A stretch of DNA of 64,000 nucleotides, taken from positions 128,001-192,000 of the forward strand of contig CAZJVP010000020.1 of NCBI GenBank assembly GCA_964549615.1, in the 5' to 3' direction. Of the stretch, positions 19,241-29,654 are shown piece by piece. Each line of letters begins with the position of its first letter. Positions within the stretch are counted from its first letter, which is position 1. Below the pieces are notes generated by a model that saw only the letters and a program-made list of their open reading frames with translations, did not search any database and had not been told where the DNA came from. Origin of the DNA: an uncultured Thermococci archaeon (GTDB lineage Archaea; CAYQAE01; CAYVLA01). Made by a program: the position numbers and the translations under genes.

Positions 19241-20024
19241 ACACGGCTTTCGACTCCGACCTTCGGACCCTCACCTCATTGCCCTGGCCGGCGCGCCCGA
19301 CTACCCGCCCGTCCATCGCAAGGCAACACTCGTCGCCTGGAACAATGACTATCTCCTTCTCCGGCGAGACGACCAGCGGGCGAATTGGCCTGATTGCCCC
19401 AAGAGGTGCCACGACCATCGCATCCAAACCCCAGTCCACAACGGGGCCCCCGGCGGACAAGGAGTGTCCCGTCGAGCCGGTAGGGGTCGACACGATAACT
19501 CCGTCGCCCTCAAGCATGAAATCTCCGAGGGACTGGATGCCAACACTTGCCCGGAATATCTTGCCCGTTTTCGTTCCTTGAACCAGAAGCTCGTTCAACG
19601 CCGAGCCAAGCTTTTCGGCTCCTAGTCGGACCTCCACCTTCATCCGCGTAACCAACTCGAACTTGCCCGACGCAAGCCTCTTCAGCGACGGGAGCAGATC
19701 CCTGGGCTCCACCTGGCTCAGGAAACCAGTCCTTCCCATATTCACGCCGCATATGGGAACTGCAGAATCACCGAAGCACTGGACCGTGCGAAGAATGGTG
19801 CCGTCCCCGCCGAAGACTAGGACGAGGTCAACGAGGTCGGTCGCAGGATTCAAGCCTGCCAGAGAGGAAGATATCTTTCGGTTCCTTGCCGCTATGGCGG
19901 CAAGGAGGTGATCCTCGGCGAGCATCGATTCGACTTTGCCCTTCAGATAGGACACGGATTCGATCGCAAGATCAACAGCTCTGGGCGAATCGTTCGCCAT
20001 CATGCCCAGCTTCTTTATTTTCAT
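19182..20024 (-). CDS. nadK: NAD(+) kinase
   Basis: GGDGTIL, GVNMGRTGFL, ALNE, DGVIVSTPTGSTGHSLSAGGP; start ATG 20024. Confidence 0.95.
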   Translation of the reverse strand: MKIKKLGMMANDSPRAVDLAIESVSYLKGKVESMLAEDHLLAAIAARNRKISSSLAGLNPATDLVDLVLVFGGDGTILRTVQCFGDSAVPICGVNMGRTGFLSQVEPRDLLPSLKRLASGKFELVTRMKVEVRLGAEKLGSALNELLVQGTKTGKIFRASVGIQSLGDFMLEGDGVIVSTPTGSTGHSLSAGGPVVDWGLDAMVVAPLGAIRPIRPLVVSPEKEIVIVPGDECCLAMDGRVVGRAGQGNEVRVRRSESKAVFAVLRPDLFWAKLRQRIGG

Positions 20025-20085
20025 CAAATCCAACCTTCGCCAGACAGCAAGAGCGGACGGCGAGGCCGACCCATACCCGGGCCCC

Positions 20086-20102
20086 AAAAATATATTTATA
20101 TC
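20086..20102. promoter_or_regulatory. BRE/TATA-like element between divergent nadK and eif5a
   Basis: AAAAATATATTTATATC in a GC-rich background, about 35 bp upstream of the aIF5A ATG. Confidence 0.6.
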
Positions 20103-20135
20103 TTGCTCGGGCGGCAGAGCAGGCAAGTCGGTAGC

Positions 20136-20525
20136 ATGGCCCGAAGGATCGCCGAAGTGCGGACGCTGAAGGTCGGATACGCCGTTATGATAGACGGTGA
20201 GCCGTGCAAGATCGTGAGCTACACAACGTCGAAACCCGGCAAGCACGGGGCCGCCAAGGCGAGGGTCGAGGCCATGGGAATATTCGACGGACAGCGCCGC
20301 GGCTTCATCTTGCCGGTAGATGCCAAGATAGAGATCCCGGTCGTGGAGAGGAAGACTGGCCAGTTCCTGGCGGAAATGGGCAATTCCATCCAGATAATGG
20401 ACCTGGGGGACTATTCTACCTTCGAGGTCCCCAAACCCGACATACCCGGCCTGACGCAGGGAGCCGAAATCGAGTACCTTGAATTCGAGGGAAGACGGCT
20501 CATCGAGCGCGCAAAGAGCGGGTAG
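20136..20525 (+). CDS. eif5a: Translation factor aIF5A
   Basis: TSKPGKHGAAKAR hypusination loop; start ATG 20136. Confidence 0.96.
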   Translation: MARRIAEVRTLKVGYAVMIDGEPCKIVSYTTSKPGKHGAAKARVEAMGIFDGQRRGFILPVDAKIEIPVVERKTGQFLAEMGNSIQIMDLGDYSTFEVPKPDIPGLTQGAEIEYLEFEGRRLIERAKSG

Positions 20526-20551
20526 GGACCCCTTCCTTCTGGGTTGGGCCG

Positions 20552-21514
20552 ATGAGAAAGAAGATAGAGGATGTCGAGATTTGGCCAGGCATGAGTGCCG
20601 CGGACGTCATGCGCGAGCTAGGTCGAAGCGGCGTATTCGGCGCAGGGCGAACCAGCAGGGCGACCGATATCCTGCAGAGTATGATGGAGTCGAATGCCAC
20701 CGTCTTCTTCGGCTTGGCCGGCGCGATGGTCCCCGCCGGCATGAGGCGCCTCGTTGCCGACATGGTTCGCGACGGAATGATCGACATCCTCGTCTCAACC
20801 GGGGCAAACGTCACACACGACCTCATGTGCGCCTTCGGGATAGCGCGCTGGCGTGACATCCGCTACTCCAGCGATGCTCAGCTGAGGCGCAGGGGCGTGA
20901 GCCGAATCCTCGAGGCGTTCATTGACGAGGAGGGCTTCGCGACCTTTGAGAAGAGGATAACCGAGCTGCTTGAGCTCTGCGTCGGCAGCAAGGGCGAATC
21001 CAAGATCTCGCCGAGCGAACTGTTGCGCGAGATCGGCCTGCATGTCGAGGATGAGTGTTCAATCGTCGCCAGCGCGGCAAAGGCGGGGGTACCCATCTTC
21101 GTTCCAGCATTCACCGACTCGATTCTTGGAATGCACACCTACTTTTACTCTCAAGCCCATCCGCTGGCACTGGACGTGCTCAAGGACTTGGGCAAGATCA
21201 TCGACCTGGCATACAGGGCTGAGCCATCGGGCGCAGTCCTAGTCGGGGGAGGAGTGCCCAAGAACTTCATCTTTCAAAGCAAGCTGGTGGCCCCGAAGGG
21301 CTTCGACTACTCGATCCAGATCACGACCGATAGGCCCGAGCCCGGCGGCCTTTCAGGAGCCACCCTGGAGGAGGCCATCTCCTGGGGAAAGGTCGACCCG
21401 AGAGCCCGGACCGTAACGGTTCACGGGGATGCCACCGTTTTCCTTCCGCTCATGGTCGCAGCCGTCCGCGAAAGGCTGGGCACCAAGCTCCCGCGCAGGG
21501 GAAAGCGTCCATGA
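20552..21514 (+). CDS. dys: Deoxyhypusine synthase
   Basis: LAGAMVPAGMR, VSTGANVTHD, GGGVPKN, GGLSGATLEEAISWGK, GDATV; adjacent to its substrate gene. Confidence 0.95.
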   Translation: MRKKIEDVEIWPGMSAADVMRELGRSGVFGAGRTSRATDILQSMMESNATVFFGLAGAMVPAGMRRLVADMVRDGMIDILVSTGANVTHDLMCAFGIARWRDIRYSSDAQLRRRGVSRILEAFIDEEGFATFEKRITELLELCVGSKGESKISPSELLREIGLHVEDECSIVASAAKAGVPIFVPAFTDSILGMHTYFYSQAHPLALDVLKDLGKIIDLAYRAEPSGAVLVGGGVPKNFIFQSKLVAPKGFDYSIQITTDRPEPGGLSGATLEEAISWGKVDPRARTVTVHGDATVFLPLMVAAVRERLGTKLPRRGKRP

Positions 21515-22722
21515 AGTACCTTGTCCTCATCCCCGACGGCATGGCCGATTACCCTCTTCGCCAACTATCTTGGCGAACGCCCTTGATGGCTGCCCGGGCC
21601 CCGAACATCAAGTCCCTAGGGTTCCGCGGCAGGATGGGACTCTACCGAAGCGTGCCGAAAGGATGTCAGGCGGGAAGCGATGTCGCCATCATGTCCATCA
21701 TGGGGTACGACCCAACCACGCAGCTCACCGGAAGGGGGGCAATCGAATCGGCCGCTCTCGGGATCGAGCTAGCGGAGGATGAGATAGCATTCAGATGCAA
21801 TCTCGTGACGTGCCGCCGCGGCCGCATATCAGACTACTCGGCGGGGTACATCAGCAGCACGGAAGGCAAGGCACTGATCCTCGCGCTGAATGAAAGGCTT
21901 GGAGACGAGGACGTGAGATTTCACCCTGGAAAGAGCTTCCGGAACATACTGGTGTTGAGAGGCCGGGAGTACTCGGACGACTTGGCCACCACGCCCCCGC
22001 ACGACATCGTTGGGCAGGCCTTCCAGCGCTACCTTCCCAACGCGCGATCGGGCGCCGCAAAGCGGACCGAAGAGAAGGTGAGGAACCTGATACTGGCCTC
22101 CAGGGATGTTCTGGCCGACCACCCAGTCAACCGGAGGAGGCAAAAGGAGGGGTCAAACCCCGGGAACATGATCTGGCCTTGGAGCCCGGGGCACCGCCTG
22201 AGCTTGATGCCGTTTGAGGAGATATGGGGCATGAGGTCCGCTGCCGTGGGGGCCGTGGACACCATAAAGGGTCTTGCGAGGAGCGCCGGGATGCTGGTGC
22301 CCGACGTTCCGGGGGCCACGGGCTTCGTGGACACCGACTACGAGGCCAAGGCCCGCGCTGCCCTGGACGCGTTGCGGACCTGTGAGGTCGCGTTCGTTCA
22401 TGTCGAGGGCATCGATGAGATGGGGCACTCAGGCGATTTCAAAGGAAAGATGAAGGCGATCGAGGACTTCGATTCGCGTCTGGTTGGAAACCTGTTTGCT
22501 GGCATGGACTCCCGGGGCTGGGAATACGACGTCGCGGTGATCCCCGACCACTATACCCCTTGCACGGTCCGCACCCATGTGAGGGATCCGACTCCCTTCG
22601 TCATCGCTGGGAAGACGTCTGCACCCACGAGGAAGATCGAGTTCAACGAAGAGAACGCGAAGCTGGGAGACCTTGGAACGTTGAAGGGCGACGAGTTCAT
22701 GCGCCACGTCCTCAAGGACTAG
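21511..22722 (+). CDS. apgM: Cofactor-independent phosphoglycerate mutase (archaeal type)
   Basis: IPDGMAD, TP, GSDVA, TGRG, FRCNLV, TPPHDI, HVEGIDEMGHSGD, PDHYTP. Confidence 0.93.
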   Translation: MKYLVLIPDGMADYPLRQLSWRTPLMAARAPNIKSLGFRGRMGLYRSVPKGCQAGSDVAIMSIMGYDPTTQLTGRGAIESAALGIELAEDEIAFRCNLVTCRRGRISDYSAGYISSTEGKALILALNERLGDEDVRFHPGKSFRNILVLRGREYSDDLATTPPHDIVGQAFQRYLPNARSGAAKRTEEKVRNLILASRDVLADHPVNRRRQKEGSNPGNMIWPWSPGHRLSLMPFEEIWGMRSAAVGAVDTIKGLARSAGMLVPDVPGATGFVDTDYEAKARAALDALRTCEVAFVHVEGIDEMGHSGDFKGKMKAIEDFDSRLVGNLFAGMDSRGWEYDVAVIPDHYTPCTVRTHVRDPTPFVIAGKTSAPTRKIEFNEENAKLGDLGTLKGDEFMRHVLKD

Positions 22723-23398
22723 GTCCGGCCTTTCTGCGGAGGTGTGCCCGATTGATGAGGTACTCCCCGCGGGACGTCTCCCACCTGACCTCAGCCGAGT
22801 CGATGACGATCCTGCTGGAGAAGAGAGGACAGTCCAAGACGACGGTTTCCGCCTCACCCCCCTCGAAGGAGATGTTAATGAGCCTCTTGGACCGAAGCTT
22901 CTTCAGGTCGTCTATCGTTGCCGCGTCGATGGTCCTACCCAGCCACTCGGGACCCATGCCGTCGGCGTAGACGCCGACGATCATTATGCAGTACGAATCC
23001 TGAAGCATCCGTCTGAGAAGGAGCTCAGGGTTCGACCCCCACAGAGGGGCAAGGACCGCAAGCCCAAGCTCTTCGCAGACGCTGGTCACCCTTGCGAGCT
23101 GGTAGTTTGACGCCACCGTCCCCGTGAGCACTCCATCCACATCAAGCCGACTCAGAGCCTCCTTGAGATCGGACAGCTCCTCCTCCTTGATGCCCGAGCT
23201 GTTCTGGCAAATGTGGCGGATGCCCATCGATGCGGTCTGCAGACGCGTGAGCCACAGATTGGGCACGTGGAACATGTATGAGTCATCCCGCTGCGGGAAT
23301 ATCGTCACGGCGTAGGGCACCTCATGCCCAGCCTCTAGGGCCCGCTGAATCGAATGCACGCTGTCCTTCCCCCCGGAGAGCAGCGAGGCAAGGCGCAT
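22712..23398 (-). CDS. dph6: Diphthine--ammonia ligase (PP-loop)
   Basis: LSGGKDS, SYMFHVPN, SNYQ, APLW, FEGGEAETVVLDCPLF. Confidence 0.93.
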   Translation of the reverse strand: MRLASLLSGGKDSVHSIQRALEAGHEVPYAVTIFPQRDDSYMFHVPNLWLTRLQTASMGIRHICQNSSGIKEEELSDLKEALSRLDVDGVLTGTVASNYQLARVTSVCEELGLAVLAPLWGSNPELLLRRMLQDSYCIMIVGVYADGMGPEWLGRTIDAATIDDLKKLRSKRLINISFEGGEAETVVLDCPLFSSRIVIDSAEVRWETSRGEYLINRAHLRRKAGPSP

Positions 23399-23404
23399 GG
23401 CCCA

Positions 23405-24127
23405 TCAATCCCTGTCCCAGATGTATCGGTCCTTTTCCTTCCGCGTCTCGCAGATCTTGACGAAGTTCTTCTCGACCTGCTCCCAGTCCCGCTCGTAGAT
23501 GTGCAAGGCGGAGCTGATGTCCACGTAACGGCCGACCTCATACCCCAGTTTGTCGGCGAGCATCTTCTGCATCTTCGTGAAGGCGTACACGTTCAACCAC
23601 CACGCCTTCCAGAGGTCCCTGGACCTCCAATATGTGTGGAACTCAAGGCGTCCATCCACAACCCTGCACCATACCCTCTGCAAGCATGGCGGGTCGTCCT
23701 TCCACGGATCATGCACCGGAAGCCATGTGATCGCCTGAGCCCTTCTGGTGTGGGGGGCCTTTGACAGCTTCTTGACTATGTAGTCAACCTGGTCTATGAA
23801 CGGCGGCTGCGGATAGCCGTCCACGCCCGCGGGGTACCCGAAGAGCCTCTGATGGTAGGTGTACCACCAATCCTTGCCAACCCTGTGGTCCTCGATGCCC
23901 TCAAGGATCTCCCGCGTGTAGCTATCCTTAACGTGCCAAGCGAAGGCCGCCCTATGGATGATTGGCTGGCTCATGGGATCGGTTACCTCTATGCAACCGA
24001 TGACATCCTTCGACCTCTCGCCGTACTCCGTGGGAACTATCGACCCCTTCCTCCAGGTGTGGAGGACCGCTGCCTCCCACGCGCGGCCAATGCTCGTTTC
24101 CGATATGCACATGAATCGGTCAGACAT
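23405..24127 (-). CDS. thyA: Archaeal-type thymidylate synthase
   Basis: YTYHQRL, DQV, TRRAQAITW, PPCLQ (catalytic Cys), WRSRD, N in WWLNVY, ALHIYE. Confidence 0.88.
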   Translation of the reverse strand: MSDRFMCISETSIGRAWEAAVLHTWRKGSIVPTEYGERSKDVIGCIEVTDPMSQPIIHRAAFAWHVKDSYTREILEGIEDHRVGKDWWYTYHQRLFGYPAGVDGYPQPPFIDQVDYIVKKLSKAPHTRRAQAITWLPVHDPWKDDPPCLQRVWCRVVDGRLEFHTYWRSRDLWKAWWLNVYAFTKMQKMLADKLGYEVGRYVDISSALHIYERDWEQVEKNFVKICETRKEKDRYIWDRD

Positions 24128-24172
24128 TCGATCAGCTCACGACTCCTCTAACACCTCGAAGTCCGTTCCAAG

Positions 24173-25699
24173 CTACTCGGACCTGCGTCTCGGCCTTGCA
24201 TAGAACAGGGATTGAAACAGCATGAGAACCGGCAGTATCTCAAGCCTGCCCACCCACATGTTCATTATTAGCATCGCCTCAGCCACCGGATTCATTCCGG
24301 CCCGGGTTATCCCAACGGATAGGCCCACATTCCCCTGCGCTGAACAAACCTCGAAGAACACATCGCTAGCGGGAACGTCGGGGCCCACAGCGTGCAACAG
24401 CACGATGACCCCGACAAGGAGCAGGACCAAGTACATGAAAGAGAGGGTGGCCGCTTCCAGCACGACGCGGGAGGTTTCTTCCTCCGACAGCATGACTTTT
24501 CCCAGCTTCTTCGGCACATAGCCACCCGACGGCATGAAAGTCTCCATGAACTTCCATCCTGCCCCCTTGGTTATCAGGACCAGCCTGACAAGTTTTATGC
24601 CCCCGCACGTTGAACCGGCCGCGGCCCCTGCAACCATGGCCATGGAAAGAAGGATCTTCGCAGATGGCGTCCAGTTGCCAAGATGGGCGCTCTGGAATCC
24701 CGCGGTGGCGATGCCGGAAACGAACTGGAAGGACGACACTCGAAGCGCCCTTGAAAATGCTCCTGAGACCGGCCCCCCAAAGTAAAGCTCAGCCGTCAGC
24801 AATGCGATCCCGAGAATGCACAGGGTAAACAGCACCTTGTTCTGCACGTCCTCGACAAGCTCGCGAAGGCGGCCGCGGAAAACGCGATCGTGAACCACGA
24901 AGGAGATTGCACCCATCAAAACAAGGCCCATTATCGCCAGCTCAAGTGCTGGATTGCCGTAGCTCCCGATGCTGCCGTTCTTGACGGAGAACCCGCCGGT
25001 AGCGAGCGCCGTCATCCCATGATTTATCGAGTCCCACAACGGCATGCCCAAGGCGAAGAGAATGCCCACCCCCGCGATCGTGTAGATGGCATATATCCTC
25101 CACATCTGCCTTACCGTGCCCACTATCCTCGGCTCAAGCCTATCGGTCCTTCCCTCCCCCGCATACAGCTCGAAGGCGCCGGTGCCCGGCCTAGCCAAGA
25201 TGACCAACATCAGGACTATGATGCCCATGCCCCCCACCCATTCCATCAGGCTCCTCCAGAACTGGATGCTGCGGGGGAGCAGCTCCTGGCTCACCGCCAC
25301 CGAAAGGCCGGTCGCCGTCCAGCCGGACATGGCCTCGAAGTAACAATCCAGCGGCGTCATGTTCAAGATGAGTTCCGACCCTGAGGGCAGCGATCGCGCG
25401 GCCATGGCGAACGGTATCGCGCCGAACGCTGGAACGATCAGCCAGCATATCGCGGCCCCCATCATCCCGTGTTTGGTCCTCGCATCCGACGATCGCCTGA
25501 AGGGTAGATACAGAGCCAGACCAGCAATGAAAGACAGACCCGAACCAAGCAGGAAGCCTGGAGCGACGAAGGGCTCAGCGAATACGACGCACACGATCAA
25601 AGGAACGAGCATGACCGGTGCGGAAAGGATCAGGACTCTACCGACTATGTTGGAGAGTATTCCGAGATCCCGCCTCTGCACCAAGAGATGGCCTGCCAA
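24173..25699 (-). CDS. trkH: TrkH-family potassium uptake protein
   Basis: FEAMSGWTATGLS, WRSLMEWVGGMG, ATGGFS, GSTCGGIK, SAQGNVGLS, MWVGRLEI. Confidence 0.95.
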   Translation of the reverse strand: MAGHLLVQRRDLGILSNIVGRVLILSAPVMLVPLIVCVVFAEPFVAPGFLLGSGLSFIAGLALYLPFRRSSDARTKHGMMGAAICWLIVPAFGAIPFAMAARSLPSGSELILNMTPLDCYFEAMSGWTATGLSVAVSQELLPRSIQFWRSLMEWVGGMGIIVLMLVILARPGTGAFELYAGEGRTDRLEPRIVGTVRQMWRIYAIYTIAGVGILFALGMPLWDSINHGMTALATGGFSVKNGSIGSYGNPALELAIMGLVLMGAISFVVHDRVFRGRLRELVEDVQNKVLFTLCILGIALLTAELYFGGPVSGAFSRALRVSSFQFVSGIATAGFQSAHLGNWTPSAKILLSMAMVAGAAAGSTCGGIKLVRLVLITKGAGWKFMETFMPSGGYVPKKLGKVMLSEEETSRVVLEAATLSFMYLVLLLVGVIVLLHAVGPDVPASDVFFEVCSAQGNVGLSVGITRAGMNPVAEAMLIMNMWVGRLEILPVLMLFQSLFYARPRRRSE

Positions 25700-25848
25700 G
25701 AACCAGCTCCCGCGATGCGGTGGGCTGACTCTCTTTTATCTCTTTGTGCGGGTGCCTCTCGGCCTACTATGCGGCCACGAACCCGGGAGGACCCGGATAT
25801 GCAGGCAATTAATAAACGGATGGCCGATCCGGTGCGTGAGGGCGGGCG

Positions 25849-26895
25849 ATGAAAGAGGAACGGACCTACGCTGAGGCCGGAGTGGACATAGAAGCCTCAA
25901 GGAAGGCAATATCCACGCTGGGGCAGTGGCTTGACAAGACTCTTTCCTTCAGGCCGGAGAACACGTTCCCCGAGGTTAAGGGGCACTATTCGGGCTTGTA
26001 CCGCCTCGGCGATGGCAGTGTTCTCTCGATGAGCACCGACAGCGTTGGCACCAAGATGATCGTCGCATCCATGATGAAGAAGTACGACACCGTGGGCATA
26101 GACCTCCTTGGCATGTTGGCAAATGACATCATCTCGGTTGGTTCAACGCCCGTCTGCATGGTCGACTATATCGCCGTTCAGAAGGCAGACGCCGACCTGC
26201 TTGCCGAGATCGGCAAAGGGATATACGAGGGCTGCAGGCAGACGCGGGTTGTGGTCGTCGGCGGTGAGACTGCCACGGTGCCCGACATCGTGAAGGTCCC
26301 CGATCTGGCAGGGGCGATCGTGGGGATCTCGCAAGAGGAAGAGCTCATCACCGGTTCGGAGATAGCGGACGGCGACGTCATCGTGGGGCTCGGGTCATCT
26401 GGCATGCACTCCAACGGTTACACGTTGGCCCGCAAAGCGTTTTTTGCCTGGAATGACTTCTCGGTCCACGATCCGCTTCCGACGGATCCGTCGGTGACGA
26501 TAGGGGAGGCGCTGATGGTGCCCACGAGGATCTACGTCGATGTAGTCCTAGACATCACAAGGAACCTCAGGCCTCATGGGCTCGCCCACATAACGGGCGG
26601 GGCCCTCACCAAGCTTCGTCGCCTGAAGAGGGGCATGGGGTATGTCGTCGACAACCCGTTTCCCTCGCAACCGGTGTTTGAGGCGGTGCGAAAGCTTGGC
26701 CGCGTGCCCTGGGCCGAGATGTACAGGACCTTCAACATGGGCATGGGGTTTGCCGTGATAGTCGATCCCGCGGACAGGGACCAGACGCTGGAGATCAGCC
26801 GGAAGCACGGGCTGGAGGCGAAAGCTGTGGGAACCGCAGTCCGCGACGCTGAGGAAAGGATCCTCGTGAAAGCCCAGCAGAAGCTCGTGCTCTAG
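25849..26895 (+). CDS. purM: Phosphoribosylformylglycinamidine cyclo-ligase
   Basis: TYAEAGVDI, TDSVGTK, GGETA, SSGMHSNGYTL, AHITGG, EMYRTFNMGMG. Confidence 0.96.
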   Translation: MKEERTYAEAGVDIEASRKAISTLGQWLDKTLSFRPENTFPEVKGHYSGLYRLGDGSVLSMSTDSVGTKMIVASMMKKYDTVGIDLLGMLANDIISVGSTPVCMVDYIAVQKADADLLAEIGKGIYEGCRQTRVVVVGGETATVPDIVKVPDLAGAIVGISQEEELITGSEIADGDVIVGLGSSGMHSNGYTLARKAFFAWNDFSVHDPLPTDPSVTIGEALMVPTRIYVDVVLDITRNLRPHGLAHITGGALTKLRRLKRGMGYVVDNPFPSQPVFEAVRKLGRVPWAEMYRTFNMGMGFAVIVDPADRDQTLEISRKHGLEAKAVGTAVRDAEERILVKAQQKLVL

Positions 26896-28253
26896 CCCTT
26901 GTAACCCCAGGACCGTCGGGCCAACTCCACCACCCGGTCGACCTGTTCCCGGGCCGTGCCCAGATATGTGAGCGGGTCCATAGCGGCCTGGATTTCGCTG
27001 GGACTCATTAGCCTGGATATCTCTTCGTCCTTCTCAAGCGCCTCGGCGAAGTGCAAGCCCCCGGAGATCGCACTCATCGAGGCCCTCCTCACCATCGAAT
27101 GAGCTTCCTGTCTTCCAACTCCCTTGTCCACTAGGAGCAGCATCACCCTCTCCGCCATGATCAAGCCTTTCGTAATCCCCAAGTTCCTAGAGATATTGTC
27201 GAGATTGAACACCAATCCGCGGAGAACCTCAGAGGCCAGTCCCAGGATGTAGTAAAGGTACATCGTCGCCTCCGGGAGCACGACCCTCTCGCACGAGGAG
27301 TTTGTCAGGTCCCGCTCGTGCCAAAGCACGTTGCAGAGGAGCTCAGGTTCGACCAAGGCCCTCACCGTGCGCGCCAAGCCGCATATCCTCTCTGACCGCA
27401 CCGGGTTCCTCTTGGAGGGCATCGTGGAGCTGCCCACCTGTTTTTCCCCGAAGCCCTCCCTCAACTCATCTATCTCGGTGCGCTGAAGATTCCTCACCTC
27501 AGTGAAGATCTTCTCAAGCGTCGTGGCGATCTGCGCTAAGCAGAAGAGGTAGTCCGCATGTCGATCCCTCTGCAGAACCTGATTGGTCACAAGGGGTTCG
27601 CCGAGCCCAAGCTCCTTCATCACCAGACTCTGGATCTCAAGCGCCTTCGGACCAAAGCCGGCCTGGGTGCCGACCGCGCCCGTCATCTTCCCGACGCACA
27701 CCCTCTTCGAGGCCTCGTCCAGGCGCTCTATGTTGCGCTGCATCTCGCAGGCCCAAAGCGCGAACTTGAGCCCGAAGGTCGTTGGGAGTGCGTGCTGGCC
27801 ATGAGTCCTCCCTATGCACACGAGCTCTTTCCTGTCCCGCGCATGATCCAGGAGGACGTCTCGTACATCGACAGCTGCCCTGCGCAGCAGCTGGATCGAA
27901 TCCCTAAGCCGCATGGCAAGCGCAGTGTCGGTGATGTCGTTTGACGTGGCCCCGAGGTGGACGTAGCGGCCCGCGTCGCCCTCGCACACCTCGGTCAAGG
28001 CCATCACCATGGCCATGACGTCATGGCCTATCTCGCGCTCGATCTCCTTGACCCTCTGCAGCGCAACGTGCTTGGAGCTAGCCTTCCTGCAGATTTCTTC
28101 CGCGGCCAACTCCGGGATGTTGCCGAGCTTGGCGTGTGCACGCGCTAGTGCCGCCTCCACACGCAGTTCGCAGTCGAGTTTGTGTTCCTCTTCCCATATG
28201 GAGGCCATATCTGGCCGTGAGTATCTCCCCGAGTCGATCGCAGTCACTGCCAA
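26892..28253 (-). CDS. purB: Adenylosuccinate lyase
   Basis: HDVMA, HLGATSNDITDT, GRTHGQHA, GAVGT, GSSTMPSKRNP, HERDLTNSS. Confidence 0.96.
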   Translation of the reverse strand: MAVTAIDSGRYSRPDMASIWEEEHKLDCELRVEAALARAHAKLGNIPELAAEEICRKASSKHVALQRVKEIEREIGHDVMAMVMALTEVCEGDAGRYVHLGATSNDITDTALAMRLRDSIQLLRRAAVDVRDVLLDHARDRKELVCIGRTHGQHALPTTFGLKFALWACEMQRNIERLDEASKRVCVGKMTGAVGTQAGFGPKALEIQSLVMKELGLGEPLVTNQVLQRDRHADYLFCLAQIATTLEKIFTEVRNLQRTEIDELREGFGEKQVGSSTMPSKRNPVRSERICGLARTVRALVEPELLCNVLWHERDLTNSSCERVVLPEATMYLYYILGLASEVLRGLVFNLDNISRNLGITKGLIMAERVMLLLVDKGVGRQEAHSMVRRASMSAISGGLHFAEALEKDEEISRLMSPSEIQAAMDPLTYLGTAREQVDRVVELARRSWGYKG

Positions 28254-28330
28254 CCGTGGACACCTCTAGTGTGGCCTCGGCCTGAACAGATAAATCGATC
28301 GGGGAGTTGGGCGTCCGAGCCTAGATTGCC

Positions 28331-28567
28331 CTAGAGGAACATTGCCTCCTCGACTTTCCGAATCTCACTCGGCAGCTTCTCGGGCGGAGCCTCGGCCTCG
28401 TCGGACTCCTCATCAGAGTAGGCGGGCACCACGCCGATGTTGTGCTCCTCGAACTTCTTGACCAAGACCTCGAGCCTGCTCATCTTCTTCTCGAAGTTCC
28501 TGGCGTTTATTATCTTCCAGACGAACTCCTCAGAGAATACGACGGTCAACTTCCAAGCACCGGGCAC
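28331..28567 (-). CDS. Small acidic hypothetical protein
   Basis: Protein-like composition, fills the purB-GPN gap, with a TATA-like patch (atatttaag on the minus strand) just upstream. Confidence 0.6.
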   Translation of the reverse strand: MPGAWKLTVVFSEEFVWKIINARNFEKKMSRLEVLVKKFEEHNIGVVPAYSDEESDEAEAPPEKLPSEIRKVEEAMFL

Positions 28568-28632
28568 GAGTAATTAGCCATCAGGCTCTTAAATATGACT
28601 CCTAAGGGAGGCTTGATCACCTTTCCGGCCCC

Positions 28633-29400
28633 CTAGGGCTCCGGCACTATGAAGTCGTCCCCGGCCTCATAGACCATTTGGATCCCGTTGTAGAGATCCT
28701 CGAACCCCTCCCCCTCCTTTGCTGAGACCTTCACGAGGTCGAAGGGGCCCTCGATCTCCATGAGCAGGGAGCAGAGCTGCAACGCGAGGGACTTCGCAGG
28801 ACCCGCCTCGTCTTGAAGGGCACGGTAGAGCGTGTCGGGTTCTGAACACCAGGTGTCTATAGTTTCCCTTTGCTCGTCGGAGAGCATGTCGTACTTGCTG
28901 AGTACCCGGATCAGCGGAAGTCCCAGCCTAAGTTCGGCGGTTGCGGATAGGAGCAGAACCGACGTGAAACTCGAAGGCGTCTGAGCTAAGTAAGGATCAA
29001 CGAGGAACGCGGCGATCGTCTCCTCCTTCCCGAATGCCTTCGCTATGTAGGTCCCGGATGCTCTGAAAACGAAGAGCTCGAGCTGCCCTGGTGTGTCGAC
29101 CATGAGGTAGTCGGGGTCGTATTCCTCTATCTCCTTGAGGATGTCCCCGAAATCCTCGGCGACGAGATCACAGGAGACTATGATCGCCCCGTTCGGGCCC
29201 AGGCCATACCTATCCATGACTTCGTCCAACCGCACGTACTCCCTCACGTCGATGTCCGGGACGTAGGGCAACCTCTCGGCGCCCGGGTCTAGATTTGCCG
29301 TCATCACATTGACGCCCCTTTCTAGGAACCAGCTCTTGGCCGCGCTGGCCATCGAAGACTTGCCGGAGCCCGCCGTGCCCAAGAAGAAGATAACCCTCAT
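28633..29400 (-). CDS. GPN-loop GTPase
   Basis: GTAGSGKS, NLDPG, DVR, LGPNGA, DTPGQLE, SKYD, VSA; start ATG 29400. Confidence 0.95.
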   Translation of the reverse strand: MRVIFFLGTAGSGKSSMASAAKSWFLERGVNVMTANLDPGAERLPYVPDIDVREYVRLDEVMDRYGLGPNGAIIVSCDLVAEDFGDILKEIEEYDPDYLMVDTPGQLELFVFRASGTYIAKAFGKEETIAAFLVDPYLAQTPSSFTSVLLLSATAELRLGLPLIRVLSKYDMLSDEQRETIDTWCSEPDTLYRALQDEAGPAKSLALQLCSLLMEIEGPFDLVKVSAKEGEGFEDLYNGIQMVYEAGDDFIVPEP

Positions 29401-29654
29401 TTCTTCATCATGCTTCAACAGGCGCGATTGCTCAAAAGTGTGATCGGAGAAGGCACCGGATTGCCCGGACGAGGGAGAACCGTTGCCACAACGTGGCTGT
29501 TGCTGACCGCGGCCCGATGCCTTCCCCGAGCAGGGGAAATCGCAATGACCGGCCTTATCTGCCACTTCTCCCCTGATGAAGATTCCCTCCATTCATCAAC
29601 TCACCGCAGGGGCGGCAAAAACCGATATAAGAAGCGGTGAGGTGCTAGCCGACG

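Noticed and set aside
29401-29654. Possible replication origin or ribozyme upstream of GINS-MCM (TGATGAA...TTCATCA hairpin)
   Set aside because: No ORB repeats, no extended AT-rich unwinding element, no cdc6 nearby and no complete hammerhead core.
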